From Vicugna vicugna (lineage: Eukaryota): a stretch of DNA of 64,000 nt. A model generated the notes under the pieces. That model was not told where the DNA came from and made no database searches. It was given only the letters and a program-made list of their open reading frames with translations. Position 1 is the stretch's first letter. Each line of letters starts with the position of its first letter. Shown one piece after another: positions 31,001 to 42,900 of the stretch. A program made the translations under genes and the position numbers. The stretch spans positions 4,402,001 to 4,466,000 of the forward strand of contig MU063790.1 in the NCBI GenBank assembly GCA_013265495.1, given 5' to 3'.

Positions 31001-34000
31001 GTAGAAGTCTCTTTCTCTCTTGCCTAAATCTAGGTAGTCTGACCCAGGGATAGGCTTCTAGCCTGTGCAGCAGAATACTCTTATTTTGAAATTGCTGGAG
31101 ACGTTTGAAATAAAGCACTTAAATTAAGAATGGTCCAAAAAGCAAGGCTAACAGGATAATTGTGGCAGGGCCTAAGAAGGGCAATAGCCAAAGCAAGACA
31201 CTGGGCATTTGCCATCGAGTTCTTCACCCTGGTTTTTGATGCTTTCTGCCTGCTCTCACACCTCGGATCTCTCCTTGTATCTGACCTGATTGGTTGTAAC
31301 AGAAGCAGCGTTCTTCCCTTAGGCAGGCATAGGTTGGTTTGCAGTGAGGAGAGCTAAGGAGTCCTTGCAGCCACAAGGTTGCAGCTGTTTTGATAGTAGC
31401 TCAAGGTATCCTAGAGTTGGATACAGTTCAGAAAATGTATGTTCTCAGCTAGACTGAAGCTTGTCTGAATTCACATCTATAAGGGCCACCTAGTTTTACC
31501 TTAGATGTCTGAACTACACTTACTCTATTCTGACTTTCAAATGTATTTTCTCTCCTTAATGGCCAAAGCAGATGTCATCACTAATGATTTTAGTGCTTTT
31601 CTAGATATAAGGAGAAGCAAGAATTTGGGCTCATAAAATCGTCTCCTGAAAATATCTAACTACTGAAGGCCTGATCTGGTAGTTAATTCCCAGAGCACCA
31701 AATGCCTCATTCCTGCTCTTCACCTTGAATTCCTTTCAGAGTGTGCTGCAAGTTAGCAACTGAACCCTTGTAGAGGCAAATGGCAAGTGCCGATTTTTAA
31801 TTGGCAGGATCCTTCACGATCATAAATTCGACCATGGTTTAGGAGGCATTTCATGACCATTTCATCCCATGGTACTGGGAATGCTCGTTCCCAGGTCAGG
31901 CGAAGATTTTGTTGATAGGCCACTCCATGTGCTGTTATGGATGATGCCTTACTTATACAGTTACAAAAAGTATCCGGGCCACCTGTCTTATTAGTCTGTT
32001 GTGGTCCAGGAAATAGTCCCTCTTATATCTTCACATTTCTAGAGTCACACTAGCATAATCATATATCTCATATAGAACTGTATGTCTGGTTAACTGCTTC
32101 AGGTTGCCTAGTTATTTTATCAGAGGCTCAGTCACATATTTGATAATGTGAGAAATAGCAATCTTGTAAAACAAGCAATATGCAAGTAAAATAACTAGCA
32201 GTATAGTAAGGCCATAAGTAAAATTTGAGATCTTTCATTAGGTGCAGCTCAGTATATTCCCAGGTCGTCTGACTTAGTCTGTTTTGTACCAATCTTAATC
32301 GTTAAGGGAAATGACATACTGGCATTGTCCGTAAGGCGCCCAGCCCAATTTTCTAATGTTATTAGCCTACTTATCCTTAGTATTGTCTGATTGCTCCCAA
32401 TATAAGGGAGCCTTTAAATTTAAATAACCATAACCTGGTGTTATTTATTTATTTAATCTTTATCTAATAATCTTAATTATTTAATCTATCCCATAATTGT
32501 GGGAGTCTATATTCTTTGGCTGAAGTTGTGTTTATTGGTCTGATTGAGCTTGAGTCACTTTACAAGAAAATTCATATTTATATTCAGGATCAGAGCAGAT
32601 ATTATTAATTGGCCAGGTGAGGGGATCCCACCTAGTAATATCAATAGTGGCCTGAACAGAACTATAATTTCTTTCTTTTAGAGTAAATTTTTTAAGGGCC
32701 ATCTAATTAGAGCCTTGGAGTGGAGAAATCCATCAAAGTAACCCAGAAGTACTGGATATAGGTAATTGACCATAAACCTAACAACTGGATTAACTTTGCA
32801 TAAGAATGTGAGATACATTTAGTTCATAAGCAAAGGTGTGAGCAATTATCAAAGTAATTGGTATACAGTCCTGGTCTGGTGTCTTGGGTCAGCTGTCTGC
32901 ATCAGATGTAGTCTTCTTTTTATCCTGGTCTGGGAGCTTCTCCTCTGCTCGAGCATCGTTTCAAGGTGACTTCGAGGTCAGCAATCCTCTCTGTAGGCCA
33001 GTCCAGTGTAGACACCCTTTGTAATCTAAGAGTCAATTTCCTTCAGTTTCATTGTGCATGAGCTAGTCAAGAATACCTGATAAGGGTCCTACCATCTAGC
33101 TTGGAAAGAGTCCTTAAATTGTCTGTTCCAGTGTGTATAATCTCATGATTGTAGGCCATTGGGCATCTGATCTTCATCCAAAAATAGATTACTAAGCTTC
33201 AGGAACAAACTTAGAGTGTCCTTTTAATAACTCAATTAAACTTTGCAATAGTGTAACATAACAGCAAGGGACTATCTGGGAAGTGAGTCTCAGTAAGTAC
33301 AGGCCTCAATTAACAAAACTAGAATTTAATATCCATTGAAACATAATCTTTTTATTTCTATAATTACCTTTATTTTATCAAATATAGTCCAATCAAGATT
33401 GGTTTGTATGCAGATTAAGTCTGATTAATTGATCATATAGGCTCTTTTAAATTGGCTGTACTGGAACTTTTCATAAGGAGCCTTAGAGTGAAATTTTAAA
33501 AGGCCTCCCAGGGTCAGGAAAGCCACATCAAGGGCTCATCATAGATTTAGCCTTACAGATTGAGGTGAATTTTCCCTTTTATGGGGTCCCCAAAATACCT
33601 TGAGATTTTTGCATTTGTTAGAAGGTAGCCTTCCTAATTTGCCTGATAAAGCCACTGAGAATCTAAGAGTTTTTAATTTCTAGAGGGATCAGGTACAGAG
33701 AAAAGATGAATGTTTCAATTTTGCTTAAAAGGTATAACGTACTAAATTGCTGTAAGTCATAATTAGCTTAAGGGGGAAAGTTTCCTTATATCTTGGAAAA
33801 ACACAGATTAAAAGCTAGTAATATTTCAGACAAAACCAAAAAATTATAACGTGTATTAGTTTACTTAATCGCATGTAATTAATTCTCTGTTAACAGTTTC
33901 ATGAAACCATCAGGTTTTCCATTAGAATTTTATTTTAATTTCTTACACAGTTCAGCGTAATGGTCTGAAAGTTACCAGAAAACTTGTAAGTGTCAACAAA

Positions 34001-36882
34001 TCCTTGCTATGAATTTGTTTTTTTTGATGAGGCATTTTGCAAAGGCATCAGAGTAAAACCATAACTCTATGAATGACAAAAGACTTAAGGCACAGTTAAA
34101 AACCTGATTAACAATGTAACTGACAAGAAACTTGGTTGCTGCTGTGACATACAACATTTTAAGACAATAACTAGAATTATGACTAATAGTATTTTATCAA
34201 GACATACCAGGTCTTTAGGAATTCCATACAACTTTTTAGAGTGTCTATATTAATAACATTTTTCCATACAATATGACCTAAGAAGATTTATTATATATTT
34301 GACAATACTTCCCATGTAATTAACATACTCAATGAACCTAATTAGTTTAAAACTCTCTTTGGGATGCTTCAGGGGCCCTTTAAAGCATCCCAAAAGTTAG
34401 CTGGAGGTCAAAAGAACTTCAATTATAATTTGATATTTGGGAAGCTTGTCAAAAAGTTTCAAAACATTTGGTCAGATAAGATTATAGGTCACTGTGAAAC
34501 AATACTTATTTCCCAAACCAAAATAAGAATAAAAGATTTTAAAGGCAAACGTAGATCACCCATGAGGCAAAGAAACTTTATAATCTGTTACCAAAAGCAG
34601 ATTAACATTTCAAGAAAACTTTGTCCTCTTAACAGAGAGAGAGAAAACTTAAATCCAGTCTTGTATCAGCTCACTTTTTTTTTTTTTTTGGTGGGAGGGA
34701 GGTAATTAGGTTTATTTATTTATTTTTGAAGGAGGTACTGGGGATTGAACCCAGGACCTTATGCACACTAAGCATTACCACTTGAGCTGTACCCTGCCCC
34801 CAAATTAATTTAGTATGACTCTAAATTTCAAGTTACCATTTGTAAGCACTTACCTCTGAGTCCCCTGGAGGGTCAGAGGGCATGGCCTGTCAGACAGAGT
34901 AGCTTCAGACTTTGGGTCCCTGGCCTAGGCTTTTGTCCTGTGTTCATCTCCTCTTGTTGCTGGAGAAACCACAATGCTGTCTTCTTTTAGTTCCTAGGTC
35001 CCTAGGAAACTTTGGGACCAGGGAGCCCTTTTCTCTTGGCCTATGAAGGGGACCTGTGGGATTAAAAGGGAAAGGAGGGGGTGAGCCTCCTTCTAGGGAC
35101 ACTTTGTCCAGGGCCCCGGGAAGAAGAACAGAAATGGCTCACAAAGACACAGCCCTGTGTGAAAGTGGCAAGGGTGTGACAGGCAATCCAGGCGAGAGGA
35201 AACTCAAATGGCTAATAAACATATGAGTAATTAGAGAAATGCAAATTAAAACAGCAGGAGTCATTCTGGCAAAGACTGGCAACAGGCAGAGGTTGGCTTC
35301 TGCTCCGTGTGCTCATGTCCTCCTTGTGGCCCTGTGAGTCGGTGCGGGCATTTTGCAGGGCATTTTGCAGGGCATTTCAGCACATTGAATTCACAAACCT
35401 TCCGTCCAGCCATTCTTCCTCTTAATATCAACCCTAGAGAGACACTTAATGCATGCCCAGCAATGTCCATTGCTGCAGTGTTTACAGCTGCAAGACCTGG
35501 GAACAGCCTTAATGCCCAGAGGTTATGGGGAGAGGTTGAAAATGCAGTGACATTTTAGAGACAGAAAGCGGATGACTTGTTGCGGGTGGCTGTGGGGAGG
35601 CGCAAACGGAGACTGGGACTCCTTGACAGGTGCAGGGTTTCCTTTTACAGCGATGAAAAAATTCTGGAACTAGATAGGAGGGATGGATAATAGGCAAATG
35701 TACCATATGCCACTGAATTTTACACTGATAAATGGTTAAAATGGCAAGCCTTATGTTATAAATATTTTACCACAATTTAAAAAAAATGTAATATACCAAA
35801 AAAACATTGAATTGTACATTTTATCAGAATTTATATCTCAGTAAAGCTGTTTAGAAAAATCCAGTTATAGCACAAAAATACAGTATGATATCATTTTAGT
35901 AAAATTATGCATTAATCCCTTCCCACCCCTCATCCCACAAAAGATCCTTCTCTAGGTGTAGCTGTGTGTACAGGCATAGAGTAAGGGTGGGCAGGACAGT
36001 CACCAAACTCCTAACAGTAGGATGGGGTTTGGAGGTTGGGAGTAAGGGAGGCTTTAGCTTTACTGGTGTTTAAAATTTATAATGATAATGTCACTTGTCA
36101 CTTCTATAGTTAGAAATACAACTTTTGGAAAAGGAACAGGATCTAGAGGATGTACACATCTCAGTTTATTGCTTAATGAGTTGGCTCTCCCTGCCTTCTC
36201 TTGAAGGATTCTGAAAAGCTGATGGAGCAACAAGGAGCACTACTGAAACGGCTGGCGGAGGCGGACTCTGAAAAAGCGGTAACACACAGCGCCCCGTGCC
36301 TGCTCCATGGGGTTCTAGGTGACAGCACAGAGGTGCTGAGTGGCGGTGGGAGGGCCGGAGCCCTGGAACTCTGACATCTCTTTGAATCTTAGTTTCATGA
36401 TCTGTAAAATCATGAAACAGATGTCCCCTGTCCCTCCTGTTCTGCTGGGCTTGTCTAGCTGATCATTTGAGAGCCTGAACCACCAAGCTGGACACCAGCC
36501 TGAGGGATGGTGAAGATGATGATAGATTTATATATCATCAGAGTCTTTTACCTGAATTTCCTTATTTGTTTTATGCTGCAACAATTCCAGTTCTCCCCAG
36601 GAATCTCTCCCAAGGGAGCATGTTCCAAAGTCTGTTCCATGGAACCTGAAGTTCCTTAAGATGTTAATGGGTGCAAGAAACAAAAGGAGGACCAGAAATT
36701 GACACAACATTGTAAACTGACTATACGTCAATAAAAATATACATATACAAAAAGATTTTTTTTAAGTAGAAAGAAACAAAAGGAGGGATTGTCCTATGGC
36801 CAAATAAATTTGAGAAACTATTGCCCAACCTGAACAAGTTCAGCAGACCTGTTGGAGCTTTTGATGTGTTAATGCCTGAGTC

Positions 36883-36951
<69 letters not shown>

Positions 36952-39900
36952 CCATGGTTCCCAAGGTTTGACAAGGTTGTGCCTGGCCGAACATCACCGT
37001 GGGAAATTCAGCAGTCATGGTGATAATGCCTAAATCCGCATTCCCAGCTTGAGAGCTTTGTCAAATTATGATACATCATCAAATTGAAACAGTAAGATGC
37101 TGTTTCAAGAGCTGTAGAAAATTTAATCACACTGTGGTAAACGTGGGATTATAGGTTATAGAACAAAATATGTATGTGACTTTGTAACGTGTGTTAACAG
37201 TGGTTTTCTCTGCGTGGAGGATTATGGGGATTTCTTAGCATTCTGTGTGTGTGTGTGTGTGTGTTTCAGTGTTTCACATAATTAACATGACTTTATTTTA
37301 AATTATTTTTAAAAGCTGTGATACAGATGTTAGGTGCTTCCTGCCAGGGTCTCTGTGACAAGGGCCGATGTACTTGGGGCTTGAGCCCCGGTGGCCAGGC
37401 ACTCACGGGAGTGTTTGTCCTCCCTGGCCTGGACCTCCTCGCCCTTCCAGGGAGCTCATGGCGGTGTGTGTTCTCTCCAGCGCCTGCTATTACTGCTGCA
37501 AGACAAGGACAAGGAGGTGGAAGAGCTCCTCCAGGAAATACAATGTGAGAAGGTACCATCCCTGACAGTTGCTTCTCCTTATGAGCCAATAGAGTTTCGT
37601 GGGAAGAATGCGCTCTGGAATTGGAGAGCTGGGTTCAAATTCTAGCTCTCTCACTTTCTCCATCTCTCCAAAGGCTCAAGCGAAGACAGCATCTGAGCTT
37701 TCAAAGTCCATGGAATCCATGCGTGGACATTTGCAGGCGCAGCTTCGATGCAAAGAGGCAGAGAACAGTCGCCTGTGCATGCAGATCAAGGTACCTGCTG
37801 GTCCCGCAGGTGGGGAAGGGAGGGGGCGGGGCCTAGTAGTCCAAGGGCAGGTTTTGCCCCAAAGCTTTATGGGGCCGCTGCTGCCAAAGCACTCGTGCCT
37901 CAGAGTCTCTGGGCCAGTGCAAAGAGCAGTGGGTCCTGGGGGTCTTGGGTGCCCTTCCCAGCAGTGACCAGTTGGCTGCTGTGCCCCTGAGCCCATCACT
38001 TAATCCCTTAGGTCTTCAGTTCTCCTGACTACCATGGGGAGGGGGGAGCTCGGATGCAGCATGTAAGCCAGGGACTTCTGAGGTCATAGCTCTGTTGAGC
38101 AACTAAGGAATATCTGTGACCACCATGCTGGGAGTTCAAGGAAGGATTCCAGAAGAGTTCTGTCATAACACTAAGAGCCTATAGGTTCAGTAATCAGAGA
38201 GGTGCTATGGGGACCTGGAAGGGCCCTCAGCTCTGGGTGCACTGGGGGAGCCCTAAGCCCCCACACAGTTAACCTGTTTTCTCTCTCTCTCATTCCTTCT
38301 TTTTGCTGGCCCCCTTTTCCCCTCTCCCCTCCCCTCTCCTGTCCGCTCGGCCTTCCCCTGGCCCTCCTTTTCTCCCTCACCCTTGTCCCTTCCTCCACCT
38401 GCTCCCCGGCCGTCCTCGCCCAGAACCTGGAGCGCAGTGGAAACCAGCACAAGGCGGAAGTGGAGGCCATCATGGAGCAGCTGAAGGAACTGAAGCAGAA
38501 GGGAGAACGGGACAAAGAGTCGTTGAAGAAGGCCATCCGAGCCCAGAAGGAACGAGCGGAGAAGAGTGAGGAATATGCGGAACAGCTGCACGTACAACTT
38601 GCCGACAAGGTAGCAGGAGGGCTGGCAGTGGAGGCGGGGCGGTTGGTAGGTGGGCAGCGGATAGGTGGTCTGGGTGGGTGGAGGTGAAAGCTGAGCAGAG
38701 GTGGCCGGGCAAATGGAGGGAAAGACGGCAGTGGAAAGGGTGAGTGAGCTGTAGGACGGATGGCTGGATGGAGGAGAGGTGGGGGTGGTAAATGGTAAAA
38801 GGATAGTGACAGGGGTGGGCGGCCGGCTGGAGATGGTTGGAAGGCTTGGGGGACAATCCAACCGCATCGATATTGTGGGAGGGTCAATGGTTAAGGAAAG
38901 GTTTGCAGTCCGGGTGCATGTGATGCTGGAAGTTGAAAAGCAACATCTGGGCTCCCGCTTCACTCCCGGTGCATCTAGAAAGGAACGCAGGAATGCAGTT
39001 TAAGTTACCAGGGCGAGGGGTGCCGGGGTGACCCAGCCCCCAGCTCCCTGGGCCTCAGCGCTGGCATCAGGCTGATGCACCCTGTTGTCTCTTGTTCCCA
39101 GGATCTTTATGTCGCTGAAGCTTTATCTACTCTGGAATCATGGAGGAGCCGCTACAACCAAGTTGTGAAAGACAAGGGGGACCTTGAGCTGGAAATTATT
39201 GTCCTGAACGAGTACGTCTGTGTTAGAAGAGGGCGTGTGGGCCGACTGGGGAAGGGGGTGTCACTCACATTGCTGCCATTTGGTCTCCTCTGGTCAGGGC
39301 TGCATTGGACTGAGCTTGGGCGGCCCTGACATGGGCTTTCTGATTAGACCCGGGTCCTGGCTCCAGCCACCAGCCTAGGGGCCTACCCTCCTGGCAGGCT
39401 CTGTGCAGGGTCCAGGCTTCTCTGCTCACACCTGGCCTGACTCTAGCATCTGGGCCTCAGCTGGGCCCCAGCCTGCCCAGCATGGGAAATGGGAACAGGG
39501 ATACTGAGATCCCCATTCCTGTTCTTAGAGGATGTGGCAGCTGGTGGTCCCTGTGTCTTCTCTCAGTTGTTTTCCCACCAGTCAGTAGGTCAGAAGTATG
39601 GCCTGGGAGCAGGGGGCAAAAGTGGCCTCCAGTTGTAGGTGGCTGAACTTACATCCTTCTTGCCACTGGTGAACTGTCAACAGTGACCATTTGGACATTC
39701 TCAGTGTCAGCTATATTCATGTGTTCATTCATACTCTGTGCAGGGTCCAGGCTTCTCTGCTCACACCTGGGCCTGACTCTAGCATCTGGGCCTCAGCTGG
39801 GCCCCAGCCTGCCCAGCATGGGAAATGGGAACAGGGATACTGAGATCCCCATTCCTGTTCTTAGAGGATGTGGCAGCTGGTGGTCCCTGTGTCTTCTCTC

Positions 39901-42900
39901 AGTTGTTTTCCCACCAGTCAGTAGGTCAGAAGTATGGCCTGGGAGCAGGGGGCAAAAGTGGCCTCCAGTTGTAGGTGGCTGAACTTACATCCTTCTTGCC
40001 ACTGGTGAACTGTCAACAGTGACCATTTGGACATTCTCAGTGTCAGCTATATTCATGTGTTCATTCATTTTGAATAAATTTAAACATATTTATTGAGCAC
40101 CTGTGGCTCTACGTTGGCCTTGACGGTTACAGCAGTAAAAAGAAAAATGCTTCCCCTGCATCCATGGGGTTAACCCTGAATTCTAGTGGAAGAGACAGAG
40201 CTGCAGAGACCTGGACTCCCTGGGCTAAGGACAGGTTGCAGAAGAGCTAACTTAGCCTCCAGGTCAGGAAAGTCTTGCCTGAGGAATGTCTTTTGCTGTT
40301 TTCACCTCAGTTGGCAAACATTCTGAGAACTTGCTATATGCTGGGCCCTGTACCTGGCGCTACCCTCAGGGGGTTCTCTGTCTTGTGGAGAAAATGGATA
40401 ATTAAGGTAGAAGGATATGTGGTACAGATGAGAGGGATCCAGGAAGTCATGGCCTGAGGAGGGATATCTGAATTGGGTTTTTTAAGGTGAATAGGAGTTT
40501 GCCGGCAAAACAGTATGATATATTTGCTTGGGCCTGGTGAGTGCTCAGTAAATATATGCTGAGCGGTGGACTGTAACTTATCAATATTGAGAGCACTTAC
40601 TGTGCACAGGACCTGTGGTGGATCTGCAGTCAAGACCCCAATGCTTCTCTGAGGCCGCAGTCTCTGTTCTTGGATTATAGACCTGCCGAGGGCCTGAGGG
40701 TGGGGAAGAGAGCGAGGGCAGGGGAGGCATTTGTCTCCCTTGGGGCAGATGGAACCCCAGTGTGGTATGTGTCTGAGGGAGATGGATGCCTGGGGCATCC
40801 CTGACCACAGAGCCTGGGAGTTCTGTCCTAACTGCAATTCCTGATGGGCTGAGACACCCAGGGCGTGCAATGGGGAGCTGGCAAGGGACTGCGTCTCTGG
40901 TCCTTGTCTTCAGGGAGTGTCTCAGCCTCGTGGGAGGATCAGAACAGAGAAGCCTTCTTGGAAGGGGTGGTACAGGAGACAAATTTTAAAGGCTGTTAGA
41001 CAAAGTGGGACACCTGGGAATGCCCCAAGTGGCCATGGCAGAACAGCTGCTTCTCAGGGTGGAGACGGGGAGCAGGCAGGGTGCCTGCAGGAGGGGCATG
41101 ACCTGGGTAAGGACCCATGGCCCCAGTGCAAAGACCCAGGCTACCCACGATCTGTGTAAGTGATGCTGTCTGCTTCATTTTGTGACTTTCCAGCCGGGTG
41201 ACAGATCTTGTAAACCAACAACAAACCTTGGAGGAGAAGATGCGGGAAGACCGGGACAGCCTGGTGGAGAGACTACACCGGCAGACTGCTGAGTATTCTG
41301 CATTTAAACTGGAGAATGAGAGGCTGAAGGTCTGTCGTGAGGGCCAGGACCGGGTGGTTGGGTGGAGCAGTGAGGTTGACAGCTGGGCACTCTGGCCTGG
41401 GCCCCAGAAATGACCACAAGTTCTTCAGAGGGCCTGACAGCAACAACGTGATTATGAAGGGGTGCTCTGGAGTTAAAAAGACCCAGATTCAAGTCCTGAC
41501 TCTGCTTCTTAAAGCTGCAGGGCCTGAACAAGGTGTCTCCTCCTTTGTTGCTGCCGTTTCCTTAGTGGGAGGAAATGAGGTCCTTGTAAGAATGTGGTAA
41601 TAATGCATGCGAAATGCTTCACGTGACACTCAGCCTGTGCACATGAGATAGGCCTGACTTTGAGTTTAACATTGACTCTCCTGGGGCATCCTAGGCCCCT
41701 TCTATTACATTCATTAATTCTCACTTTAGTCTCCCAATAATGCAATTATCATCTCTACTTTATAGAATAAGGACACTGAGACTTGGAGGGAAGTGAAGTT
41801 GCTTGCCAAGATTTGGCCCTTGGGAGTTGGGATTTGAGCCTGAGTCCGACACTGGGGCTGTAATCACTAGCTCTTAACCACTTGCTTCGCACCCTCCCAA
41901 CATGCCAGGGGCATGAGGCCCCCAAACAGAGGTTGACATAACAGAGCCAGGGTTGATCTTGGTTTTTAACTGATCTGGGTAGTAACATCTAGGTTTGTTG
42001 TTGTTGTTGTTTTTAAATTGATTTTAGTTTGTTTAAGTAAGATTGATTTTAAGGAAGTGTACCACAGAAATGTTCACAAATGAACATGCTTTGTCCATCA
42101 ATCACCCTGATTAAACCTCAGTAGCCCCATGACCTCGCCTAGTTGCAAATGCTCCCCCACCAAGGGGACCATTATCCTGACTTCTGACGCCACAGATTAG
42201 TTTGCTTGGTTTTGAACTTTGTGCCTGGCTTTTATGGCTTTTACTCCATATTATGTTTATGAAAGTTATCCATGTCGTGTGTGGCAGTTTATCATTACAA
42301 ACTGTATGAATATACCCCAAAGTGTTTATCCATCTTACTGTTGATGGACATTTGGGTTGTAGAACATCTTTGTACCTCTTTTGGTGCACGTATCTGGTGT
42401 ATTTTTTTACAAGTTCTATATCTTGAAGTAGAAATGCCAGGTCACCGGGTGGTATACATAAATTCAGCTTTGGCAGGTGTCACCAAACAGTAAAGTAGTT
42501 GTACAGATTTCCACTCCCATCCAGGGCTATGTGAGAGATCTGCTCCATATCTCCTTACCAACACTTGGTATTGTCCGTCTTTTTAATTTTAGCCACTCTG
42601 GCGGGAGCGTGGTAGTGTCTCATTTGTCGTAGTCCAGTTGTTGGATAAATGAAAGACAGTCCCCGCCTCTGACAGTTAGCTGGGGGATTGGCTGCAGTAT
42701 GGAATATCTGTGTGGTGAAATACATTGTGGTTATTGAAAATGATGTTTGTGGAAGTGTATTTTCCTAGATATTATAAAGGTAAAACATGCTTATAGTAAA
42801 AGTTGAAAACGTTACAGAAATGTAAACAGAAGTGAAGGTTTCTATTAACCTTAGGTGCGTATTTTTCCAGTTTCTTCCCCTGATATCAACATATATGTTC

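Noticed and set aside
34847-34852. CA+CTTA matching the 4 bases left of the LTR, as a possible ERV TSD
   Set aside because: No 5' LTR precedes it and the host L1 does not resume; a 6-mer match is expected by chance
35346-35376. 12-bp unit gggcattttgca repeated ~2.5 times
   Set aside because: A small slippage duplication inside an old L1; no spacers, so not CRISPR-like
38171-38963. 238-aa and 236-aa - strand ORFs
   Set aside because: Antisense shadows of a coiled-coil exon and low-complexity flanks that are poor in reverse-strand stops
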